A DNA stretch of 64,000 nt from the NCBI RefSeq assembly GCF_009914755.1, contig NC_060937.1, one strand, 5' to 3'. The translations under genes and the position numbers were made by a program. The stretch is from the human T2T-CHM13v2.0 reference genome, Homo sapiens. Shown here piece by piece: positions 42,346 through 54,989 of this stretch (position 1 is the stretch's first letter; each line of letters opens with the position of its first letter). The notes under the pieces are model-generated. The model saw nothing but the letters and a program-made list of their open reading frames with translations. It did no database searches and was not told the origin of the DNA.

Positions 42346-42859
42346 TATGTCTTCTAGCAATAGAAATTCCTGGCAAACATTTCTCTGACCTAGTTTCAAA
42401 AATTAATAAAAATATTTTCAAATTTAAGAAAAGCATATGGTATAAAGATACTTTCTGACTATAAATGTATGTTTTATTAAATTTATATGGGGTTAAGCAG
42501 ACATCATACTTTGGAAAAATATTGTTTGTGAAATAAAGATATTCCTAAAATAAAAACTGGGCCCAGTTTTTAGTCCTCCATTATATTCTGGCTATATTTC
42601 TTCTACTCAAAGAGCTCTTCTTGATACTGCTATTGACAAAAGTGAGACAAAATTTACAGCAGAACAAAAATCCTGCTAGCATGGAAGACTGAAGACAGAG
42701 AAGCCATATCACAGTGGTATGTGATCTAAAAATCGCTCTGTAGTGTTTCTCTAAATTTAGTACACAGCAAGACTGGAAACAGCTCAATAATACATATTTG
42801 CATAAAATTTTCCTCCTTTCCTATTTAACTCTTCCAGTATCCCACTCTTCTTTACTTAC

Positions 42860-43010
42860 AAATTTTTACTAAGATGTAATTTACACGTTGTGAAAGAGAA
42901 AATTCCAAACGTAGCATTTGATGAGTTTTGACAAATAATACATACATGTGACCCACACTGAAAACAAATCAAATATTTTGATCACTCCAAAAAGTTTTCT
43001 TTTCCCTCCA
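42860..43010 (-). mobile_element. Old L1 (L1ME/MD-like) 3' end
   Basis: gatgtaatttacac...tttgatgagttttgacaaat...catgtgacccacac...atcactccaaaaagtt. Confidence 0.6.
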
Positions 43011-43352
43011 CGTATAGAAACTGGTATTCATCATTACTGCTGTCTTCATTTCTGTACTTTAATTTTATAACCTGCATTACCAAGTAGACAGGAAGTCCAG
43101 TCCCCACCCAAAGAGAATGGTGTTTAAATACATATACATGCAATACATAAGCTAACAATTTAAATTCTGTAACAGTTTCCCTGCATATAGAGTAGTAATT
43201 TTAGCAATAAATGGATGCCAAAACATTATCATCACTGAAAATATTTTTAAACATTTTTATTGGAGGAAGAATATACATAACTGTATTTATGTGAATGAAG
43301 CAAAAATCCAAAGTAGAATTAATACCAAATATGAAAATCATAAAACAGTATA

Positions 43353-43657
43353 GGCTGAGTGCTGTAGCTCACGCCTGCAATCCCAGAACTTGGGAGGCCA
43401 AGGTAGGCACATCGCTTGAGCCTAGGAGTTGAAGACCAGCCTGGACAACATGGCAAAACCTTGTCTCTACAAAAGATAATAATAATAATAAATAGGCTTG
43501 ACAGCACATCCTGTGGTCCCAGCTACTCAGGAGACTGAGGTGAGGGGATTGCTTGAGCCCAGGAGGTGGAGATTGCAGTGAGCCAAGATCTAGTCACTGC
43601 CCTTGAGCCTGGGTTATAGAGCAAGACCCTCTCCAAAAAATAAAAAATAAATAAAAA
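43353..43657 (+). mobile_element. AluJ (Jb-like)
   Basis: cgcttgagcctaggagtt...ggattgcttgagcccaggagg; (AAT)n expansion in the linker. Confidence 0.9.
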
Positions 43658-43790
43658 GTGCAAAATACAGCAAACGTATACACAGACTTCATTTTATATA
43701 CTTCATTAAAAAAATGAGTTTTCAGCAGAGTCCTGAGGAAGAAAGAAGATATAGAAAATATTGGGAAGACATGAAAGGTATGGCCAAAGA

Positions 43791-43797
<7 letters not shown>

Positions 43798-43824
<27 letters not shown>

Positions 43825-43825
43825 T
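43798..43825. repeat. (GT)14 microsatellite
   Basis: GT run. Confidence 0.92.
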
Positions 43826-44910
43826 ATTGGGGCTGTTGGGAGCAAATTAAATATGAAACAGAGTGTAATTTGCGAAGCATTGGGCATTTGTAATTGCTCT
43901 AATAAAAAGTGCTTACTTCAACTGAAATAGACTATGATCCATTGTGTAACTGCTGAATAAGACTGTCTCAAATTTTGATTTCAAATAAAATGTGGTACAA
44001 ATGCTACTGGTGTAGATTTTTGTCCCGATTTTGTATATGATTAGCTGACAATGATTGTGGATGAGTGTTTTGGGCTTCTGCTCTTGCATAATTCTTGCCA
44101 CTAATGGACGTAATAATGTTTATGTTTATCATAAACCCTTCCAGGGTTGCAAGGAGGATGACATGCTCTATAGAAGAAAACAAACAAAAAACCTATGAGT
44201 CTATTTGCATTACTTAGTGTTATGCCATTCAACTCTTACCACAGTGCTGCAAATACTACCTCATACTGACACAGGAAACCTGTTCTTGTATTTGTTTACA
44301 TGCATATGCCTTTGAATTCATTCTTATTTATCTTTCAGATGAATATGATTTATCTCTCCCAGTCAGTCTGTAAATTCCCAAATGTCTTGAGGCAAGTTCT
44401 ATATATTATAAATCTTCACTAAAGGTAGGCTGAGGACTGATTGATTTTAGATGGTCACTTATAATATAAAATCAAGATACTTCCTAGGAAAGTATAATAA
44501 ACACAAGTCTTTATGCTTCAAAAACTATATAGGCCTTTTATAAAAACACGAGATATATTTTATTTCTTTATTAACTTTAAGTATTTATTTATACTTTTTT
44601 CTTAGATTATAAGGCCCAAGAAGGACATGACTCTCTATTTAGCTCAACTTGAAAATGCCTAATAGGACATAAGGCTTCAGTAGGGATTTAACGATGTTCT
44701 AAACTAATGATCATGTTATCTAGCTGTATTATGAGTGGAATAATCGGGCTTTCAACAACTGTCTTTGACTGGAAAAAATAAACCTTTTTGGAAAAGAGGC
44801 CTGTGTTTTAAATCAACACAACATAGAAAAACAGAACAAAACAAAACATTAAAAGGCACTAAACAACTGGGGGAGAGAAATTACTAAATGTAATCTGAAG
44901 TGTTTCTGGG

Positions 44911-45333
44911 TGTAATGGTCTTTTGATATGTCTACTTGACTAGGCTACCATTCCTAGCTATCAATCAAACAATAATCTAGTCATTGCTGTGAAGATACTT
45001 TGTAGATGTGATTAAAGTCCATAATTAGTTGACTTTAAGTAAGGGAAATAATCCTAAATAACTTGGGTGGCCCTGAGTCAATCAGTTGAAAGTCGATAAA
45101 AGCAAAGCCGAGGCTTCCCTGAAGAAGAAATTCCACTTGAAACTATGGATGGCAGCTTCAACTCCCAAGCTCTAGCCTGCGCTTCCTGACAGCCTGCCCT
45201 ATGGATGTTGGACTTGGCCAACCAGCCTCCTACAGTCACATAAGCCAGTTCCTTATGACAAATCTCTCAATGTGTATCTCCTACTGATTCTCTGATTCTG
45301 CTTCTCTGATTGAACTGTTTCTGATGCCATACA
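44911..45333 (+). mobile_element. MLT2-family (ERVL) solo LTR
   Basis: tgtaatgg...gtctacttgactaggctac...ttgctgtgaagatactttgtagatgtgattaaagtccataattagttgactttaagtaaggg; homologous to the copy at 9998-10405. Confidence 0.8.
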
Positions 45334-47809
45334 TATATTACAAATGTTAATGTCAACTTGCTGTTCTATAAAACTTCTATCTCAGCCCATCATTTTCAGT
45401 GGCAAACGGTTTGCTATAATCAAACCCTAGAGTAGAAATGGCCTGAGAACATTGAAATTTTTAAAAATAAACTTACTTAAAACAGCTACAAAGAGCTGTC
45501 ATTAACAAGGAGATAAAATATATATTCAAACATTTTAAATATTTTAAATGAAACAAAACATTTTAAATGAATGTTTTGTCATCAGAAAATTATAACCAGG
45601 AAAATGCTCCTTAACTCATCTGATGTAACATACAAACAACAACCAAGAAAATAGCAATAGAGCCTTTTCAGGCTATTACCTTCATAGGTTTCTAGGCATG
45701 TACCTAAAGTAATAGTTTGGCATTCCTAGCTTATTTATTTATGCAATGAGAGCCATTAATCATTCCATTTGAGCTTAAGTATCTGCATTTGAACTTCAAC
45801 TACAGCCTCAATATAGCAGTGTACTTGAGAACCGCCAATGTGGAATTTCTTTTCTTACTTCAACAAACAATTCAGTTCAAACATTTATTGAATACTCATT
45901 AGTTGCTAGGAATATAAATACCCTATGACTAAGTTTTGACTATTTGCTTATTAAACTCTCAAATACAAAATGAATATCAGCATTCAAATGCTTATGCTAT
46001 TAAGAAATGTTAGAAAATTTTTTAAAATTACCTTTATTCATATCCTGAAAGAAATTTTCTTCCATTGACACTCAAATGAAACTACTTATAATGTTCTCCC
46101 AAACTTAAAACATGTCTCTCTCATTTGTAATTTAGAGGAACACATCCTAAATTGCCTTTGTAATGGATTTCTGTTTCTAAACTAACTACCACTTGTACTT
46201 TTATAATGCGTAGATTAGAGGAAACGAAAGAAAAAATTTGGCTAGCAATTTGGTACAAAACTAGGGGGCAAAATTGGAGAAGTGTAAATAAATGAATATA
46301 AATAGAGGGGAGGGAAATGAACAATTAAAAAGAAATATATGAAAAAAAGAATAAGAAACAAAGGAGAGATGATAATTAAAATAGGAAAATGGAAGTAAGG
46401 AGTAAAACTCAAGCAAAAGGAATTTAAAACTCCATGCTTCTGTAGAATAATCAATTAACAATAAAATATTTTAGAATCCTTAGAGAAGAGGTTATATAAT
46501 AAATCTCATACAATCTTGTCTCATTCTTTTATCAACTCGACAGTGGGAAAATTAACTAAACTGTTGCTAAGCCTAAGGCAAGAATGTTGATTCTCCAGAA
46601 TTCAGATATAATTACATAATAACGTTGGAGAAAGGGCATTGGAATATACGAATATTTCCCTACTTAGAAATCTAGGTGTGGTCTAACATCTAAGAAAATA
46701 TTCCCTTGAAAGAATTATGTGCTGGGGGCACAGAACTCTTTGAAAGAGGCCTATGACTTCTGATATATTCACAGCATAAAATAATAAATGTTTGTCTGCA
46801 TCTACATTTATCCAACAACGTCTGTGCAGCTGCAGTGCTTTATTAAGGACTCTTTTTGTCTTTATGGGATTGAATGGGGGTTAATGCGACCTGCCTATGG
46901 AATGAACTGACCCAGATTCTACTATCAGTCTCCAAAGTCAGGTATGTTCTCCTCACAATGTTTAAAATCTCATTCTTTCTTCCTTTCTGTAAAGTAGCAG
47001 AAGATTTTGTGCATGAAAGCTTAGTTTGGGACAAATTCTGTGAAGCAAGACAAATTGACAGACTGATGTCAAAAGGTCAATTTTATAAAGATTCTTTCCT
47101 CTGATTATTTTCTCTCCTAATACTTTCTCTGGTGTAAAATAAAGCAATGTGTTTATTTCTTCCAATCAAGACCCTTAATTCCTTCAAGTCCTGCTAAAAT
47201 AGCACTGAGTAAAGACACAAAAATGGTAAACACGCACCAAGTTAGTTTAATGTAAACCCTAACATGAAAAACCTTCATTACAAAATCCCTATTTGCTATG
47301 TTAATCTCTTCATCCTTGCCACTGCTGAAGAATTTTCCTCTTCTAGTATTAGAAATCCTGGAACATTTCCAAAAATTCTCTAACCCAAGAAAAATGTCTG
47401 GAGGCCCTAACCTATTTGTAAAGATTTAGGAACATTACAAAAAATTAAAGATTTAAGTATTAAGTATGGTCTCCCTGCTTATTAGTTTGATGTGTATGTT
47501 ATTTTCCTAGGCATATTTCACATGGTGTTGCTTTATTGAAATCAGCATGTTGGACATTCCCATTAGTTACTGACATACGAAACACATCCTGTGCTGCACT
47601 TACCTGCCCACTTAGGATGCATTAGAAAAGAAATGTTTCAGCATTTTAGGAAAAGGGATCAATGTTGTCAGTTAAGTGATCAACTAAAATATTAGGTACT
47701 GAAAATAGGCATGGGAATACTGGAAGTGGGAAAAGATATGAGATGGGAAGAAGCAGAATAATGGATTTCATAAATTTCATAAATATTTTATATTTATTTC
47801 ATATTTTAT

Positions 47810-48040
47810 AATGACTGTGATACAGTCATACTTCTACTTAGTTATCTCATTCAATCCATATAACAATTTAGTCAGATAAGAAGTAATTTAATATTTTTAT
47901 TCCTGTTTTACAAGTAAAGAAACTGAGACATAGAAAAATAACATAATTTATCCAGTGACAGCACAACTCTTATATGGTGAAGCGGGCATGCAAATTCAGG
48001 CTCTCCTACTCCCACTTCCACAATATCACACTATGCCACA
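47810..48040 (-). mobile_element. MIR relic
   Basis: ttatctcattcaatcc...tgttttacaagtaaagaaactgagacatag. Confidence 0.6.
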
Positions 48041-48309
48041 ATGGCTCACTTAAATTATGCGCCTGAAAAATACACTAATATCTCCACAATCTAAATTATA
48101 CCTTAAGATGTCAGTAATTCCCTTCACAAAAGCCAAAATGACATATTAGTAAATGTTCCATCACTTACACAACCTTGACATATCACCAGACAATGATCTC
48201 TCCCAATTTTTTCCATTGTATTATTTGTTTTGTTTTGTTCCATTTTTAATTTTACTCCTGGTTGTTCCCACATAATACTGTAAAAAAAAAAACAAAAAAC
48301 AAAAAAACC

Positions 48310-49624
48310 CAGCCGTTCCCTTATGTTTTTGCCCCATGGCCTCTTCATGCTCTTAAAATTTATTGAGGACCTCAAAGATCTTTGGCTTACATAGTTTTTT
48401 TTAAGTACTTACCATGTTAGAAGTTAAATATGACAAATTTTAAGAATGTATTTATTCAATTCAAAATAAAAATAACCCATTAATGTTAACATAAGTAACA
48501 TGTTTTATGAAAAATAACTGTGTTTTCCAAAACAAAAAAACAGTGAGAAAATTGGCATGATTTCACATTTCTGTCAAATATTTCAATGTCGAGCATAATA
48601 GAAGACAGCTGAATTTTACATTCAATCTATTGTGGTCTGTTGTTGGGTTAAAGCATATGAAGAAAATCTGGCATCACATAGATTTATAGTTGGAAAAGGG
48701 AAGAGTACTTTAGTGGCCTAATTGCAAATAATCTTCAATATGAAACCATAACGCAGTAAGGTGTAGTCTCTTAAAGATCAGTTGCAATGAGCAATCAAAC
48801 CGTATCAATGAAGGTGTTGTATTGTTACATTACAAATCCATTTTTTGTATCTTGAACAAAAAATGGGTCTTTTATTCATGAACAATTTTGTAACATGCAT
48901 TGGTCACAAGTAAAATATTGGTTCACTGAGTTACACGGAGCCCCCAAATGTTAACACATTTCATTATTCAACACCAAACAATTACATTTGTTAGTTACAA
49001 GTTTTTCAAAATGCTATTTTTTCTCGAAATCTCAAATTTTATCACTGACAACAAATACTGCCAGTTGTTTTGTATAAACTGACTGTCTCATTTTCTTTAT
49101 TTTCAAGAAAAAATGTGTAAAATATTCAAGTCTGAATAACATAGTTTGCCTGCCAGTCATTCCTTCAATTAAAAAAATGATGTTTCGTGGAATAAGCTTG
49201 TAACTCCAACAATTGCACAAACACTTTTTCTCAAGACATCCATCACATTTTAGTACGGAGCAAAATGCTTTCTGCACACTTCACATTTGCCCTACATGAT
49301 AAATAATCTTAAACATTGAGACTGAACAAAATTAATATTTCATATTGTTTCATTAAAGATATTCTGAACTGCAAATGTGAGTGTGGTGAAAATATATATC
49401 TATATAATGACTGCTAGTATCGTTTGGTGCACTGTGTTGATATATGCTAAGACACCAGGGGTTTCGCCCTCTATTACTTTTGCCCCCTCAGTACAAATGC
49501 CAACACATTGCAGGAGGCAAATAACATCCTAGTGTTGTTAGGAAAATAGCTTTGACCTTGCATACCCCTTGGAACAATGTCAAGGAACCTCAGTGGTACA
49601 TGAACCACAGCTTGAGAACCGCTA
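48310..49624 (-). mobile_element. Charlie1a-like hAT DNA transposon (non-autonomous, near full length)
   Basis: TIR-like ends cagccgttccc / ttgagaaccgct; internal tattgaggacctcaaaga, gaagacagctgaatt, aggcaaataacatcctag...aaaatagctttgacct. Confidence 0.8.
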
Positions 49625-50917
49625 CTCTAGAGAGTACAAAGACTATTTTTTGAGTTGTCTTAGGTTATGAATGGCTCTCCTTTAACCTTGCTGACTCGAC
49701 TATTCCTCACCTAGACCTGATATCGTACGTTAGAAGCAATCCCAGTCAAAAGCACCATGTACAAAATAAAAAACCAAAGGTAACACTGACCAAATAAACA
49801 TTTGTCTGTGGATTTGTACTAGTATATCAATTTAAAATCTAATGAAAAATATTTATGTTACAATACTTTTCATCCTGTTGTTTTAATTCCATGAGGAAAA
49901 GCTAGGGGAAAAAAATGAAAACCTTGATCTCATGCCAAGAGCTCAAACCAGCACCTTCTCCTTTTTAGGTGGCAGCTGTTTCTTGTAACCAAGACACATG
50001 TTTTGTTTTCTAAAATAATTGTGAGGACTAAGTAATGACTACGAATGCCTTTGTAAAATTAGCATAGTTGTATTTTTATTTGGTTTGTGAAACTTTACCA
50101 AAATAATAGGTCAAACATAGTTTAAAGGAATGGTTTGAAGTATGCTGAAGGAAAGGTCGGAGAAAGTTTTATGATGCTAGGCTTCCTCTTTGATACACAC
50201 TGCAAAAAACTCTGGGAGACATTTATACCCAGCTAAAGAGATTGGTGAATGACTATACAGACAAAACAGCATGACCTAGTAATAAAGAGGAGACTGGATG
50301 GTTTATCAGCCTCTTTTCTGGCAGTAGGTAGCACCTTGGTTATGTACAAAACAATGAAGCAAAGCCAATCATTGTCACAGCAATACAGTTAAAAGACACT
50401 ATTTACTTGACATTTGCACCATGAGCAGAAAAATGTTTCTGCAATCAAGCAAGAGCAGTAAAACTAAGTTCTCCATTCGTTACTCTAGAGGGCTTCTTTA
50501 AACATAGAACAAATAAATAAAAGAATGGATTGATTCAGAATGGCTGGACCAACACTATCCAATGGGAAGTATAAATTAAAGTCCTGCATAGATGCTCTAA
50601 CAAGGTTTTTATGATGCAAGGGTACTTGCCACCCATTGTTCTTGGCTTTGCCAATCCCCAAAATGAGACAACAAAAAGAGTTAAGATTAATTTCTTGTGC
50701 CATGTATATTTTCTGAGCATCCAGGCTCTTAGCTAAAGCATTTTCACTAGCTTTAGTTAAGTCAGTAGTCTTCCTATAATAAATCTTACCTTCCAATAAC
50801 TTATTATCTGACCGAGGGATTTTCTACTTAGTACATTGTACCATTGTTTGTATTTGAGGATTTAAGAGTCTGTCTTCTTTGGAGGCTTTAATGTTAAGGC
50901 TAAGAACATGCCTCTCC

Positions 50918-51023
50918 CAGAGCCTGCAGTGAGCCGAGACTGCGCCACTGCCTTCCAGCCTGGGCAACAGAGCGAGACTCCATCTCAAAAAATAAATAGA
51001 TAAATAAATAAAAATAAAAAAAA
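50918..51023 (+). mobile_element. Severely 5'-truncated Alu (3' end only)
   Basis: cagagcctgcagtgagccgag...ctcaaaa tail; TSD aagaacatgcctctcc / aagaaccatgcctctcc. Confidence 0.92.
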
Positions 51024-51646
51024 AGAACCATGCCTCTCCATACCACAGTCTTTGCACAGAGCTTGGCACACAGCAGGAGCAATAGAGGTATATATGTTAC
51101 ATCCCGTAAGAACAGAGACTTCCCACTTCCACATCCCCAATGCCCAGAACAGCAGCTGACACTCAGTGGATTCTATTGGCTGAATGGCACAGTTATGATT
51201 CGAGACCACATATTCCCCTATTGAAAGGTATAGAAACTATGTTCGTTTTCTGTTCATTTTAAATTGCATTTTTCTGGATATATATTTCTGTGACTTTGGG
51301 GTATACTGACGTGTCCGGGGTAGGCCAGATTAATTCTTTGAGGACCAGATGCAATTTTTTCATGTCTGAACTCTGCTTCCCTAGTTCTCTTCACAACAGT
51401 AGACTCTAATGCTTTTATTCATGGTAAAATGTCATGTCCTTAACTCTTTCATTTTTATGTGAAGAAAATGTTCAATTTATGTTCTTCATGCAGCACTTTC
51501 TGCATTCATCAATGAAGTTAACAAATGAATAAACCTATTGGGAATAAGAAATGCTGGCAATATTAAGGGATTAGCAGTAACTTTCTGGAAAATCAGAAAT
51601 AACTACAAAGAACTTTGAAAACAAACTCTTTAAAAATGCAATTAAT

Positions 51647-51935
<289 letters not shown>

Positions 51936-52595
51936 TTAGTGGAATGCTCTTCTGTCTTTCTTCCACTCTTCCCAGCTCTGGTGCATGCTTTTCCTAAGCA
52001 CACTTCCCTGACAGTGTGTATCACAGCAGGCAGGGTGTATAGACATCTAGTTCTTGGGTTTAACAACGGGTATTATGCATAAAATAGCAAAAGTATATAG
52101 AATCCTATTTCTGTATGCTGGCTACTAGAGAAAACTTCTCTACTAATGCAATATTAAAGTTTAATTTGAGTCTAAATTAAAAGTCTAGTTTAATACTAAA
52201 GCTACAAATGTAACCATATCAAAGTTAAAAAAAAATTTAAGAAAATGCTCTTTAGCATTATAATCTCTGAAATATTTCAATTACTCAAATCAGGATTCAG
52301 TGTACAGTTGAATATGGCAATGTGAATGTGATCTGATTAACTTTTTTCTCATAAAAAGTTTCTTCTTATTACATTCTTCAGATTGTGATGTTTTATTTGT
52401 AATTTTCACATGGTGCTGATGTAGTTTCTCCCGTAACGAATCTTCTCAAAGTAGTTTTCAACAACTCAACCCAATAAAAAATATACATATAAGATAAAAA
52501 TGGAAGTAACAACCATGGAAACAAAAATATGAGAATGACTTAGAAAGAAATTATATAAATTGGAATTAATAAGACCATGTATTGAGTCATGGTAG

Positions 52596-53498
52596 TATAA
52601 ACTGAAAATAAAAGCTTGAGCCCCCAATCAATTAAACAGATACTCCTTGGCCAAAAAGACCCCCCCAAACCTTAAAACGTAGTTCCCAACCATAATGAGA
52701 CAAGAGATCAGACACGCCTTGTTGTACCCCTTTCCCTTTGTAGTTTAGACACAACTAACCAACATTAATGTTAAGATGAAAATCATAAACTAACAAAACA
52801 GACTCTTTGTGACAATAAAATACTAAATTATAGACAAAACTCAAGGCCAGGCTAGGAAAGAATTAAGTCATATATCCCCTACACTTAAAAAATAAACTAT
52901 GTTCTAACTGCCAAGAATTTTCTTTTTCTCTAATAACTAACCATCAGCCTCAAAATAAACCATATTAAGCAATTTATAGCTCCTCAAGATACTGACTAAA
53001 CCCCTGTTCCATTAGCCGTAACTACAGTTTTAATTAGACAAGAGATTCATTTCAATAACTTTCTCCTAATAACAAATGCAGCAACTGTAGACTAGTTCTG
53101 GCTGGTTTACAGAGATTACACACTTGTGTGCCTTCATGTACTAAAAAGACCTTTTAATATATAGAACCTAATTATAGTACATTTAGACAATAAGTCTCCA
53201 TCCCAAAGAAAACATAGGTCATATGTTACATATTTATTCAATACGCATGTGTCAAGACCACGTTCATAAATATTCATAACTCCTTCGATGACCGGTTAAA
53301 TATATGTTTAGCCAACCCCTTCAATATAAAACTCCTACCCCAACTCCTCCTCTTTAAAATGCCTATCTCTAATTTCTTCTGGAGACACACTTGCCAGCCT
53401 GCAGAAAGGCCACCTTACAGATTATAATCCTTTATAAAAAATAAAGTTTCCTTTTCTCCTTTCCAAATTTATAAAAGCTATAATTTTTTAAGCTAACA
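52596..53498 (+). mobile_element. MER4-group ERV1 solo LTR (MER49-like), G-depleted
   Basis: t.taaactgaaaataaaa...gcccccaa...acagactctttgtg.caataa...cccctacacttaaa.aataaactatgttctaactgcc...aataaag...taaca; about 900 bp. Confidence 0.8.
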
Positions 53499-54477
53499 AT
53501 TATTGCAATGAATGGCATTTGACTAAAGTTCTGCTGCTCTGGTTAAAGAAAAACCTGGAACAAGAAGGAGCTCCCTGCAGGCCACAGCTGCATGTGCCAG
53601 CCTCTGGCAGTCTTATCTCCACTGTTGATCAAGGTCGCTGGCAGTCTCACCCCATGCAAACTGCCCCACAGGCCCTGTGTCTGAGTGTGAATGCGTGGAG
53701 CCTGGCAGCTCAGGTTGGGGTGGGAATTCACAGGAACACAATTAACACCAAAATAATAAACATGGCTCTTATTCTTCATTGCAGTTGAAACCTCTTTAAG
53801 ACAGTTTTATATATTTACATTCTAAGGGAATGTAAGGGAATATTAGGGAAAAACTTTGGGTGTCATGGAGAAGTCTAAACATGCACAAAACTAAAGAGAT
53901 AACCCCTCATCCTTCTTTGGGAATGGAAGTCATGAAGTGCACTGCACTTTACTTCTATTAACTGGCCAAACTTAGAGCACAGTATTGTGGTCCTCTTCTT
54001 CTAGGAAGAAAGCCATGAAAACCTTTATCCATGGCCTCCTTTTTCCTAAACAGTCTGGCTTCACCCTCTCTGTACTACTGAACTGACTTCTCCAGATTAT
54101 GAATCATTTCCTGATCATTCAGTCCAGTGGCTCGTACTCACTCCACACTCTGTGTATCCACTGAATTATTCCATTTCCTCTTCCATTTCCAAAGACTACA
54201 CCATCTGCCCCCTCACTTTTAAAATGAGTGTCTTTGATCTTATTTTCTCACCCTATTCTCCCTTACTCAGAGATCCTGGTCCTTCTCCTGACTTCACAGG
54301 CTCCTTCCTGTAGGGTGAATTTCCAAGTCCACATTTTCATTCTTGACTTTGCCTGAACTCCAGTTCTGAATCTTTAGCCACCAACAGACATTTCTACTTG
54401 TCACTTAAAATACAATATATTTAAAATTGAACTCTTCAACTTGGTCTCATCTACCACGTGGCTTTCCTTCCCTAACA

Positions 54478-54812
54478 TTTCTTTCCTTTTCTTTTCTTTT
54501 TTTTGGGGGAGAGGGGGCGGGGGAGACAGGATCTCACTCTGTTGCCCAGGCTTGAGGGCAGTGGTGCAATCTTGGCTCACTGCAACCTCTGCCTCCCAGG
54601 CTCAAGCAATCCTCCCACCTCAGGCTCCTGAGTAGCTGGGACTATAGGCACACACAACTACGCCTGGCAATTTTTTTTTTTTTTTTTTTGTAGAGACAAG
54701 CGTCTTCGTATGTTACCCAGGCTCATCTCAAACTTCTACACTTCAGAGATCCTCTCCCCACCTTGACCTCCCAAAGTGCTGGAATTACAGGCATGAGCCA
54801 TCGTGCCTGGCC
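54478..54812 (-). mobile_element. AluJ (Jb-like)
   Basis: Antisense Alu with ggctcaagcaatcctcccacctcag; degenerate TSD ctaacatttct/ctaatttttct. Confidence 0.9.
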
Positions 54813-54907
54813 CTAATTTTTCTTATTTCTGTTTGTGGTAACATCTTTTTCCAAGTTACCTACATATATTTTCTTCAGATATTAAATTTTACTGATCCTT
54901 CACCTTA

Positions 54908-54989
54908 TTAGATAGAACCATATGAAATGTCTATTTACATGGGTCAAAAATGGTAAAATATCAGCAATTTCCTATGATTTCCTTCTTAA
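54908..54989. mobile_element. MADE2 (Hsmar2-derived mariner MITE)
   Basis: About 80 bp: ttagatagaaccatatgaaat...ggtcaaaaatgg...atatcagcaatttcctatgatt, with inverted termini. Confidence 0.7.

Noticed and set aside
46265-46425. Purine-rich tract giving hydrophobic, transmembrane-like minus-strand ORFs
   Set aside because: Low-complexity A/G sequence; the T-rich antisense translation yields F/L/I artefactually.
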